In this document: positions 12,612 to 24,040 of the stretch, piece by piece | Layout: each line of letters opens with the position of its first letter | Position numbering within the stretch: position 1 is the first letter of the stretch | Source: Eledone cirrhosa | Taxonomy: Eukaryota | Direction of reading: 5' to 3' | NCBI GenBank assembly: GCA_964016885.1 | Contig: OZ024742.1 | Location: 26,598,001-26,662,000, forward strand | Length of the DNA: 64,000 nt | The notes under the pieces: model-generated | Seen by the model: only the letters and a program-made list of their open reading frames with translations | What the model was told of the DNA's origin: nothing | The model's database searches: none | Program-made: the position numbers and the translations under genes

Positions 12612-12919
12612 CAGTCATGGGCAACATGCCGCCCTCGGGCTGCATGCAAGCCGTGAACCTTTCTGAATGGCTCGACTAAGTCACCTAAGTGAAATCGTTC
12701 TGATTTTTTTACCCCAACTTTTCAGTCGTAATTTATCTTTCTATCACATTTACGATCGAGGAAAACAACGTGTACGAATTCTCATGAATGAAATCAAAAC
12801 AACCTGAGTTACCGCCATTTTTTTAATGTGAACACGAATGTAAATTAGCGCTTGCGGCGCCCCTAATGATGAGTCATATGTTATGCGGCCCACTTCTTGA
12901 AAAAGGTTGCCCATGCCTG
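12612..12919. mobile_element. hAT-type MITE
   Basis: TIRs cagtcatgggcaac / gttgcccatgcctg; 8-bp TSD ttctagag / ttctatag. Confidence 0.8.
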
Positions 12920-13128
12920 TTCTATAGAATATATGTCGCTGTGTTAAATTATATAAACTGTTTGTGAGCGGACGTATCATTGAAATGTGAGTTATGCAGT
13001 TTCCTTCTTCATACATTTGTATAAACAGATATTTTATGAAATACAATAATACATGCTTGCTTGCATGCATACAGAAACACATAGATAAGTACACACACAT
13101 ACACACATACACTCATACACACTATATA

Positions 13129-13227
13129 CAGAGGGTTCCAAAAAATGTATACACATATGATTACCTATATAGGCAATATTTATTACAATGCTGTTGAAGT
13201 GTGTATAACATTTTATGAGACCCTCTA
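13129..13227. mobile_element. Small Tc1/mariner-type MITE
   Basis: ta-cagagggttccaaaaaatgtatacac ... gtgtataacattttatgagaccctct-ata; imperfect TIRs in a TA context. Confidence 0.55.
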
Positions 13228-13257
13228 TATATATATGAGTATATATAAAAGCATATC

Positions 13258-13435
13258 ATTGTTTCTATTTTGGCACAAGGCCAGCAATCACCCAGTACGT
13301 TACTGGTACTTTATTTTATCGACCCCGTAAGGATGTAAGGCAAAGTTAACCTCGGCAGGATTTGAACTCAGATCGTAAGGGGACGTAACTCTGCTGGAAA
13401 GCATGTCCGACCCTCTACCGATACTGCCAATTCAC
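13258..13435 (-). mobile_element. tRNA-derived SINE
   Basis: Reverse complement of the family consensus. Confidence 0.85.
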
Positions 13436-14779
13436 CAAAGAATATATGGGAGAATATATGGGAGGCTTGTTATGAATGAAATATAATGCATTCGGTACGA
13501 AAAAAACGTTTTTCTTTGTTAGCGAGGCTGTCCTGTGTTTATTGTATATAAACATGTAGTATATGATTTTATATACACCATTATTACACTTAACGTTGTG
13601 TTGGTGCTACTGTTAAGACTTACATACAAACACAAATTAATAAATACATACATACTTACATTACATACAAACTTACATATGTACATTACATACATACATT
13701 GCATACACACACAAGGAGAAAAACTCCAAGACGGATGTATTTAAATACGTGGAAAATTTGCTTTAACCAAATGATAATAAATGGTATCGATCATTTCAAA
13801 AAGTAAAATACTTTTTGTAAGAAAAATGGCAGAAATAAACAGGAATCGGATGTGATATTTAGTGAATATTGATTGTACAATCACTACAAGTGCAGTGATA
13901 GTAGAAGTTCACTTAATGGCAAAGTTCATGATTGGAGGTTTGTAGGATGTAGAGAATGTGTAATGAACATTTATCCGATATTATCTGTATAATTGTGATG
14001 TTTCTATTATTACGTGCATAATGGAAGATTTTCCTTATCCAAGTATACGCTGACTTCCCAGAAGATGCTGAGGACGCAGAATGTCTGAAGGGTTAAGGCG
14101 TCTGCTGCACAATGATTAGGTCCCGGTTTCGATTTTACTAAGTGCCATCATGGGAAATTTTCATTTACCATATGTTCGAGACGACCATTACCTTGTGAGT
14201 GGAATTTGGTAGACGGAAACGGTTTTGAATCCCGTCAGATTGACTGTACACGTTATTCAAAAGACCGGCTTTATGACACACTGTATCACGTTAAATTACG
14301 TTGCAAACAACATTAAGCGTACTCGTATCAGTGGAGTATTCATCAAATGATACGTTTGTTCCGGGATCAGTCTATTCATAGGCTTAACATCAGTCTAACG
14401 AGTATTTGAGAGCCGCATCATATCCCCCCTCCTCGTCAACATATATTAACTAACCCAAGTAGAGGTCCATCTATACAACAAGTCTGTCTACATTAGGAAG
14501 ATAACATCATGAGAGTTGGGAAGGATCTCCTTGAAAAATACTCCCTGCATAATAACAAAAACTCCCACCCAAGGAAATTTCACTGAAATATTGAAATGTT
14601 CCTATGGATGAAAAACTGCATGTTTATCAGCAAAAGATGGTTATGCTAACAGAAAGCTTCAAAGTGAGAGATAGATAAGCAAAGTATTGTTAGATGAACA
14701 ACCAATATATTAACACTCACATTGAAGGATATACTTTTGTAATCCAAGAAGAAAAAATAACAACGAAATACCTAACGCG

Positions 14780-15088
14780 CAAAGTATATAGGGAAGCAGG
14801 CAACACCTATATGTGACAACATTTAGAGGAGACTGCGTTGGTATGGATATGTGAGGTGAAAGGATGATGATCGCAGGGTGAAGAAGTTTCAAGTAATCCC
14901 AGTAGAGAGAGGTCATGGTAGAGGAAGACCAAGAAAGAAATGGATGGAAGTGGTAAGAGCTAATAATAGATCACTAAATCTTACCGAGGAGATGACAAAG
15001 GAACACAAGTTGAAAGATGCTGTACTGAGAAGGACCCGTCCAACACATCAAGCATGGAACAACAGATGTATGATGATGATGATGATCT
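14780..15088 (+). mobile_element. RTE-type LINE 3' end with (ATG)n tail
   Basis: RRLRWYGYVR, RGRGRPRKKWMEVV, then tgatgatgatgatgat. Confidence 0.7.
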
Positions 15089-16598
15089 CAGTAAACAATG
15101 ACACCCATATCATAAACAGCTGTTCAAAAATGTCATCGCGATACTATCTAACTATGAGGCACGATGTGATGCCCGAAACACTATGCAATCCGTAGAAAGG
15201 GTAAATCTGAAAATAAGCATACAAAATTTACAGTGATATAGAGGATATATGCGTACATAAAATGATAGAGCACTGTCGATGACCCAGTAAAAGTCACACA
15301 TAAGGGGACAGAGAAAAGATGGCATGCATAATAGTGGACTTCAGCTGTCAATATAACGTGAAAGATTATTTCTGCTGAACTAATTAGGAATCTCCAGATA
15401 CTCCACTTTGACCTGTGTTTATTGGGGCTCTGGGGTATGTTACTAACTAACTCAATCGAAATTTTGAGCAGCTAGGCTTCACAGAATTGTCACAGCTTGT
15501 TAGGAAGTTGCAAGTACAGTCAATTAATGAATCCGAAAAATTATGTAAATCAGAAATTCAGCAAGTACTAATTGCATGTACACAGTTACAGACACAGAAA
15601 CATATGTAGGTGTACACATATAACTCAAATCATTCGTATCCGTACATGAGATAACACCCATACCCGTATATACATGCAAACACATACATACATGTTTACC
15701 TAGTTGATGTCTAAATTCCAATGAAAATGTCTTGTATGCATACATACATACATGATGGCTGCCCCCTCATTATCGAGTATGGCCATTGCACGTATTAATA
15801 ATTATTAATTAATTCTATCGTGCAATGCCTGTGCGTGAAGATATTTTTTAAAGTGAGGAAAAACTGTGCACTGAGCCAATCCCACTCTCTGTGCGACAGT
15901 AGCTATAACCCGAAAAGAAAAAAAGAACAGCATCATCGGTAACTACTGAGCGGCAGGTTTTATGTCGGAGTTATCCCAGTTTCCTGAGTTGCCTTCTCCT
16001 AGAAGAACGCCCTGATAAAGGCTAGGGGTCCTCAATAAGGCAACTGATTGACTGTACTTGCAACTTCCTAACAAGCTGTGACAATTCTGTGAAGCCTAGC
16101 TGCTCAAAATTTCGATTGAGTTAGTTAGTAACATACCCCAGAGCCCCAATAAACACAGGTCAAAGTGGAGTATCTGGAGATTCCTTATTAGTTCAGCAGA
16201 AATAATCTTTCACGTTATATTGACAGCTGAAGTCCACTATTATGCATGCCATCTTTCCTCTGTCCCCTTATGTGTGACTTTTACTGGGTCATCGACAGTG
16301 CTCTATCATTTTATGTACGCATATATCCTCTATATCACTGTAAATTTTGTATGCTTATTTTCAGATTTACCCTTTCTACGGATTGCATAGTGTTTCGGGC
16401 ATCACATCGTGCCTCATAGTTAGATAGTATCGCGATGACATTTTTGAACAGCTGTTTATGATATGGGTGTCATTGTTTACTGAGATCATCATCATCATCA
16501 TACATCTGTTGTTCCATGCTTGATGTGTTGGACGGGTCCTTCTCAGTACAGCATCTTTCAACTTGTGTTCCTTTGTCATCTCCTCGGTAAGATTTAGT
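14973..16598. repeat. ~550-bp inverted duplication of flanking DNA (14973-15524 / 16047-16598) abutting the PLE
   Basis: Near-identical reverse complements; the peptide LNLTEEMTKEH...ETLCNP ends both ORF 14878+ and ORF 16376-. Confidence 0.9.
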
Positions 16599-18715
16599 TG
16601 CCAGGTCTTGTTTGCGAGCGTGGTCACAAAACGGTGATTAGGATGTTTGATTGAGAATCGACGACGGTACCAGCGAGATTTAAACGAGGTGGTGGTAGAT
16701 CTGATATAATACCATTTCTGGTCGTTCGATTCAACCGTGCATTGGTAAACAATGTTGGACTTTAGGCATTCATTCTTCAATGGACATCTTTCAGGTAGAT
16801 GGCAGTTACATTCTTTGTTGTGGGTAGCGGGTATACCATGGATAGGTTGTGATAGCAGTACAGGTGGATTGTGTAACACCCGTCTCCCATTTAGTGGTTG
16901 GGAGGCAGATATTACGTTCTGCCCATCTGTTACTAAAATATTTTGTTTTGTAGTGTTGTTTAATTGCTTTAAGTTAAGTTTTTTTATGTATGCTTCAAGG
17001 TTTGGTGCCGTGGAGTGTGATAGTCTAATAGTTTTAGAGTTCAGAATTTTGCTGTATTTATGGGAACTAGGGAAATGCTTGTTGATTAATTCAAAGAATG
17101 AAAGAGATAGTTTTGTATGAATCGAGGCATTAAAAATAGGATTATACCAGATATACTTTCTATAACGTGATTTATTTGGTGGTGATTTTCTATTATTAGT
17201 ATGTCCGGTGGTACTGTGTGTGTGCGCTTGTATTTTATTCCCCCGGTTACGTATTCCTTCATTTCGTGTAGAGCTATGTGTGTTATGGAGATTCCTATCA
17301 ATGTATTCTATTGTATCCCGGTGGTCGGCCTTCCTTAATGCATTATTATAGTATTCAGCGTGTTCACTAAAAATATCAGAGTTAGACGATAGGCGAGAGA
17401 TTCTAAGAGAAATACTCCGGGGAACCGATTTGATCATGGAGAGTGGGTGGTTAGAGTTAAAGTTAATATACGTAAGGTTCTCATTCATCTTGTGGAAGGG
17501 TCGTATCTGTCCGGTATTTAAATTAAGAATTACGTCCAGAAAGTTTACTACTTTAAGATTGTATTCATATGTTATTTTTAAACCCAGTTCACTAAAAGAT
17601 TTTCTAATATTTTTCCGTAGCCTTTCAAGATTTTGGTTATTCAAGTTATTAACTAATAAGAGCTCGTCATCTCTGTATATCCCCCCCCCCTGTAGATTAC
17701 TAAATTTACTATGTAATATGTGGGCTATGTAAATTCCCACGAGATCCGTGACCTCCACTGAGTCGTTGGAACCCATGGTAATGTCGAAGTTTGTGGGTCT
17801 GTCCTTACGTTCCCAGTAGCAGTTATCAAACTTAATAATAGTTTTTCTAGCCTCGAGAATAATATTAATTCCGTCCTCCGTTAGGTCGGAATTGATCTTA
17901 GCAAACGATAGGGCCTTATGTAAGGTGCTTGGTGAGATTGAAGAGTAGTATTCGTCTATGTCAAATTGTATAAACTTAGATTTATTCTTATTCTTAACGT
18001 TATTAAACCAGCGAATTGCTTCGCTAGTGTTGCCCCATAATTTAATTTCAATTTTCTTATTCACTTGAGTTATTACTCTGTCAAATATATGTTTGCTAAT
18101 TGTTCCTATGTCTGATTTAGAAGGGCATATAAGTCTAATCTTAGGGTTAGAGTCAAAATTTACCTTATGGTCCTTCAGGTTGAAGGTGGGGGTAGCAGGT
18201 GTAATCGGCTCGGTTCTATCGTCTATCTTAAGATTCTTCACCACTTTATATGCCTCGTTGTTAATATTTGCTAGCGTAGTTTCACTTGTTTTTCTATATT
18301 TTTTGTGTAGTTCGTTGCGTATGAAGTTATTGTACGTATCGATATCCATGGTATACACGTTAGAAGTCTTGTCAGCTTTCACAACAATTCCATTGGTATT
18401 TTGCAGTCTTCGAAGTAGTGCTTTCATGTTGCTCTGCAGCTCATTATTCCTATGTTTGTTGAACTTAATGTTCATGGTCGTTTTCATTAAATCTTGTTCG
18501 AAAGAATCGAGATGAGGGTTTGTGGGTGGGTTTTTCCATGATTTAAAACCATATGATTCAGACGAGTGACTGGCGCGTCCCTTATCGACATGGAAAGCTT
18601 TCCATCGTACTCGCCGAATGAAGTCATTATTGCGTTGAATCATACTAAGAATATATTCCCTTTTGTTAGGTATAGGTATGTTTTTAAGTGACATACCTAT
18701 ATGATGCCTTTCCAT
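16376..18715 (-). CDS. PLE reverse transcriptase plus partial GIY-YIG endonuclease, fused in frame to captured flanking DNA; probably inactive
   Basis: VKADKT, NLKDHK..RLICP, FIQFDIDEYY, ITMGS, IYRDD, NFLDVIL, CPLKNEC..IVYQC..YYIRST; the last 73 aa come from the inverted duplication. Confidence 0.85.
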   Translation of the reverse strand: MERHHIGMSLKNIPIPNKREYILSMIQRNNDFIRRVRWKAFHVDKGRASHSSESYGFKSWKNPPTNPHLDSFEQDLMKTTMNIKFNKHRNNELQSNMKALLRRLQNTNGIVVKADKTSNVYTMDIDTYNNFIRNELHKKYRKTSETTLANINNEAYKVVKNLKIDDRTEPITPATPTFNLKDHKVNFDSNPKIRLICPSKSDIGTISKHIFDRVITQVNKKIEIKLWGNTSEAIRWFNNVKNKNKSKFIQFDIDEYYSSISPSTLHKALSFAKINSDLTEDGINIILEARKTIIKFDNCYWERKDRPTNFDITMGSNDSVEVTDLVGIYIAHILHSKFSNLQGGGIYRDDELLLVNNLNNQNLERLRKNIRKSFSELGLKITYEYNLKVVNFLDVILNLNTGQIRPFHKMNENLTYINFNSNHPLSMIKSVPRSISLRISRLSSNSDIFSEHAEYYNNALRKADHRDTIEYIDRNLHNTHSSTRNEGIRNRGNKIQAHTHSTTGHTNNRKSPPNKSRYRKYIWYNPIFNASIHTKLSLSFFELINKHFPSSHKYSKILNSKTIRLSHSTAPNLEAYIKKLNLKQLNNTTKQNILVTDGQNVISASQPLNGRRVLHNPPVLLSQPIHGIPATHNKECNCHLPERCPLKNECLKSNIVYQCTVESNDQKWYYIRSTTTSFKSRWYRRRFSIKHPNHRFVTTLANKTWQLNLTEEMTKEHKLKDAVLRRTRPTHQAWNNRCMMMMMISVNNDTHIINSCSKMSSRYYLTMRHDVMPETLCNP

Positions 18716-19834
18716 ATTGATGCCGTGTGTCGGTGTGGTTGCTCAACTGTGTAGGAGGCGATTATTAGGTATAGTATTATCCTAGATGTAGTAATGGTTA
18801 ATTACTACACTGGATATGGTTAACGTACGGTGAGAGGTTACTCTACGAGTTGTGGAAGAATTGTTGAAGAAACTTAGTTCCTGATCCTTCTGTATTCCGG
18901 AGTGTATATAAAGAATGAATAATAACAGGTAGACATCATAAAAAGGTAATTTATTCCGTGTGCTTACAAATGTTTCCACGGTGGTACTACAGCCTAGTTA
19001 TGCTATGTGCAAATTTACAACTATTTGCAGAACTCAAATATCCAATGCTGTGACCACTGTATCCTCAGAGCAGAATGGTTAAAATGTACAATGTAAATAC
19101 CCTTAAGTGGGGTTGTTGCAGAAGATAGAGTAGACAAGGAATAGAGAAAAGTAGGGGAGAGGGAGAGAGAGAGAAAGATATGCAGGGGTTGGAGAAATAG
19201 GAGAGAGTGGTTTGTAGATATCTTAATCAAAATGTTATGGTAGGGGTTTTATTATACTGGTTACTTTTAGAGAGATGCGTTGATAGTTAAGGTCGGAATT
19301 ATTTATTGCCCCAGAGGGCAGGTTCATAGATGTGGATTGGGAGGGAGGTTGGCCAAAGGCGAGAGAGAGAGAGAGAGATAGAGGGGGGACAGTCGAAGTC
19401 TATGTGGTGAGTGAACTTGGGTTCGTAGTAGTAGTCTGCGAATTGCACTGAGTTACCATTTATAGTTATAAGCAGTGTATTGTCTTGTAGTGTGGGGGAA
19501 GAGAAGGTGGTTAGCTAGAAAGCGATGTTATAGTTGCGGGTTCGAATGTTAAGTTATTTTATAGTGAGAGAATTTAGCTTTTAGTTTGTGGTTGCAGTAT
19601 AATGATCGTTCAATTCTATCGTTAAGTAGTTTGTTTGGGGATTTTAATATGTAAAATATACAGCAAAATTCTGAACTCTAAAACTATTAGACTATGATAC
19701 TCCACGGCACCAAACCTTGAAGCATACATAAAAAACTTAACTTAAAGCAATTAAACAACACTACAAAACAAAATATTTTAGTAACAGATGGGCAGAACGT
19801 AATATCTGCCTCCCAACCACTAAATGGGAGACGG

Positions 19835-20329
19835 GTGTTACACAATCTACCTGTACTGCTATCACAACCTATCCATGGTATATCCGCTACCCACAACAAA
19901 GAATGTAACTGCCATCTACCTGAAAGATGTCCATTGAAGAATGAATGCCTAAAGTCCAAGATTGTTTACCAATGCACGGTTGAATCGAACGACCAGAAAT
20001 GGTATTATATCAGATCTACCACCACCTCGTTTAAATCTCGCTGGTACCGTCATCGATTCTCAATCAAACATCCTAATCACCGTTTTGTGACCACGCTCGC
20101 CAACAAGACCTGGCAACTCCGTGAACGCAACCAACAGTTCACCTTAAAATGGGATATACTTTCCAGCGCAAGTGCATATCGGAGTGGATTGAAGTACTGT
20201 AGGTTATGTAACCCTGAACTCTTTTTAATATTAAAATCCAAAAACAAACTACTTAACGATAGAATTGAACGATCATTATACTGCAACTACAAACTAAAAG
20301 CTAAATTCTCTCACTATAAATTAACTTAA
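19835..20329 (+). pseudogene. GIY-YIG endonuclease C-terminal fragment of PLE 1
   Basis: IVYQC..WYYIRSTTTSFKSRWYRH..LKWDIL..CRLCNPE. Confidence 0.8.
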
Positions 20330-20822
20330 CATTCGAAACCATAACTATAACATCGCTTTCTAGCTAACCACGTTCTCTTCCCCCACACTACAAGACAATA
20401 CACTGCTTATAACTATAAATGGTAACTCAGTGCAATTCGCAGACTACTACTATGAACCCAAAGTTCACTCACCACATAGACTTCGTCTGTCCCCTCTATA
20501 TCTCTCTCTCTCTACATCCATTACACTCTCTCTCGCCTTTGGCCTACCTCCCTCCCTCTCCACATCTATGAACCTGCCCTCTGGGGCAATAAATAATTCC
20601 GACCTTAACTATCAACGCATCTCTCCAAAAGTAACCAGTATAATAAAACCCCTACCATAACATTTTGATTAAGATATCTACAAACCACTCTCTCCTATTT
20701 CTCCAACCCCTGCATATCTTTCTCTCTCTCTCCCTCTCCCCTACTTTTCTCTCTTCCTTTTCTACTCTGTCTTCTCCAACAACCCCACTTAAGGGTATTT
20801 ACATTGTACATTTTAACCATTC

Positions 20823-20934
20823 TGCTCTGAGGATACAGTGGTCACAGCATTGGATATTTGAGTTCTGCAAATAGTTGTAAATTTGCACATAGCATAACTA
20901 GGCTGTAGTACCACCGTGGAAACATTTGTAAGCA
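20823..20934 (+). ncRNA. Type I hammerhead with long stem II insertion; inverted copy at 18961-19072 (-)
   Basis: TGCT-CTGAGGA-TACAGTGGT...ACCACCGTG-GAAAC ATTT GTA-AGCA. Confidence 0.75.
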
Positions 20935-21132
20935 CACGGAATAAATTACCTTTTTATGATGTCTACCTGTTATTATTCATTCTTTATATACACTCCGGAA
21001 TACAGAAGGATCAGGAACTAAGTTTCTTCAACAATTCTTCCACAACTCGTAGAGTAACCTCTCACCGTACGTTAACCATATCCAGTGTAGTAATTAACCA
21101 TTACTACATCTAGGATAATCCTATACCTAATA

Positions 21133-21628
<496 letters not shown>

Positions 21629-21725
21629 AGATGCTCGGGATTCCTTCTCCTTTGAGCACATTAATGCCAGAGAATAACGAGAATCTGTGGCTCCGTTAAT
21701 TTATCGTTATATATATATATATATA

Positions 21726-22440
21726 AAACATGAGAAAAATGAATACTGCGTGGTTGCACATTGGTTACATATGATAAAAATAGTCCTTCATCAGTGATTT
21801 TGCAACCTTCATTGGTATTTCATCGCTTTAAAAATCATAAACCTCCAGTTGGTGCGAGCAATAGCTAAATAAAGCTATTGGGACAAGTAAATCGCGTAAA
21901 GCAAGCGAGGCAAGTAAACAGACATAGAAGGATAGCAACGCAAAGATAGGAAAAAACAAGCACATGGGTGTCCGATCAGCTTAAACTGTGTGGATTTCAT
22001 GGGCGAGAGAGACAGCAGACCGTCCGACGCGAGTGAGGTGTGAGCAAGAAAGGACCCCACTTCAGGCCAAACGGGAGGAAGTGAGAAGGAGAGAAGCAGA
22101 GAGTGAGTGAGTGGCAGTGCGAAGAAGAGGCCAGTCAAGAGAAAGTGTAACTGACAGAGGGGGCGAAAGAAGTGAGAGAAACAGAGAGAGGGGGGAAGAA
22201 ATAAGAGAGAAACAGACAAACGCAGTTGGAGAAAATATATATAAAAAACATGAGAAGAATGAATACTGCGTGGTTGCACAAGGGTTACATATGATAAAAA
22301 TAGTCCTTCATCAGTGATTTTCCAACCTTCATTGGTATTTCATCGCTTTAAAAATCATATACCTCCAGTTGTGCGAGCAATAGCTAAATAAAGCTATTGG
22401 GACAAGTAAATCGCTTAAAGCGAGGGGGACAAGTAAACAA
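21726..22440 (-). mobile_element. Non-coding partial-tandem element (family B, 520-bp unit) flanked by (TA)n
   Basis: Direct repeat 21726-21920 / 22246-22440; homologous to 4978-5620. Confidence 0.75.
22303..22403 (-). ncRNA. Candidate non-circularly permuted, kink-turn-containing hammerhead, copy B2 with intact core; copy B1 at 21783-21884
   Basis: Reverse complement GTCC CAATAGCT ttattt AGCTATTG C TCGC A CAAC TG GA GGTAT A^TGATTTT taaa GCGA T GAAATACC AAT GA AG GTTGG AAAATCA CTGATGA A GGAC. Confidence 0.65.
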
Positions 22441-22453
22441 ATATATATATATA

Positions 22454-22688
22454 TTAGAAATTAGAAAATATAATCTTTCACTGTATTTTAGACTAAAGAA
22501 ATTTCTAGCCTGATAGTGGGGTTTATAACCCTTGGAGAAATGGAAAAAAATGAGTGTTGCCGTACATGGGCAACATGTATGGCCACACTCATCTTTTTCC
22601 ATTTCTCCGAGCGTTATAAATCCCACTATCAGGCTAGAAATGTCTTTAGTCTAAAATATGGTGAAAGCTTATATTTTCTAATTTCAAA
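22454..22688. repeat. Imperfect palindrome (~115-bp arms, 5-nt loop); fold-back or MITE-like
   Basis: Centre cgtacatg-ggcaa-catgtatg at ~22570; arms ttagaaattagaaatataa... / ...ttatattttctaatttcaaa. Confidence 0.8.
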
Positions 22689-23290
22689 CTCGCGAACCGT
22701 TTCAAAAACATACTTACATGTTTACGTTTATAATTTGCTTGTTTTATATATATATATATGACATTATATATATCATAGTATATATGCATATGTTTTGTTT
22801 GTGGATATGAATATGTGTTTGTACACAATTCCTTTATGTGAATTGCGATGCTGAGAATAGTGCCTCAAATATGGCTGCAGTGTGAGAGAAAGAAAACTGT
22901 ATATCTATCTAATTAGTTTAGTTGACAGCGTATTTTTCATTATATTTTAGCATCTTTTCACATATCATGTGATAGGTTTAAAATGTCATGTTTGAATGAA
23001 TAAAAAATTATACCCAAATTTATATAACCTTGCGCTGCTTCGCTTCTCTTCAAATTTTATTTTATTTTATTTACATTAAATAAAATAGGATGTGATTAAA
23101 GAAAAACAAATATTTGGTGTGTTTGTAATGGAGTTTATGGGAGAGTTGTAGTATATTAATGAGTAAATATTTTTTTATTATGTCAAGGAATAATTTTATA
23201 ATATAGGTCTTGAAATATTAAATTGAACGGGACAATGTGGGTATTAGAAGACAGTAATAAAAGTCTGTTAATATAAATGCATTATGTATA

Positions 23291-23361
<71 letters not shown>

Positions 23362-23527
23362 AAAATAACAGATTAAAGTTTAAGCAAAGAATGGCTATAT
23401 ATATATATATATAAAGAGCAAGAATGAAGTGTTCATTCTACTGACATGCTACAATATTTAGGATTGTTTGCAAAATTGTAAACAAATCGAATGTTATTAT
23501 TAATATTCGGAAAAGTCAGATTACATT

Positions 23528-23569
<42 letters not shown>

Positions 23570-24040
23570 TTTCTGAATTTGTTTAGCAAGATTCTTTATC
23601 TGAAATCGTGTGTTGAAACCGATATTGTTATACTTTGGGAGGGTCATGTTGTCAATAAGAAACACACGCACCAGTTGCCTTCACTTCAATTTATTATATA
23701 TTTATAAATTTATAAATTTACAAATCTACAAACTTATAAATTTCTGGTTGGTTGGTTGGTTCCGCAACCAGATAGTTGTTTATATATAGTCATAGTCCTT
23801 TCGTCACACACTCTGTGACCTCTTCAGTGACTGGGGATTCCTTTCTTTGTTTCTGTGCCTTTCCTTTCTTCTATCCTACGCCATTTTGTTTCTGTGTGTG
23901 TGTTGTGTGCTCAGTTTGCGCATGCGCCACATCCGGGTGTCTGTGTGTGTTTGTGTTCATTTATCTATTTGTTTATTTATTTATTTATTTATTGTTGGTT
24001 GGTTGTTTGTTCTATGTGTGTGTGTGTTTTCATTTTGTCC

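Larger units (their letters stand above)
16599..21128. mobile_element. Penelope-like element 1: minus arm 19651-16599 (EN end, pLTR, ORF) and plus arm 19652-21128 (EN, pLTR, then (TA)n)
   Basis: RT plus GIY-YIG ORF; inverted pLTR copies ~18760-19550 / 20330-21128. Confidence 0.92.
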
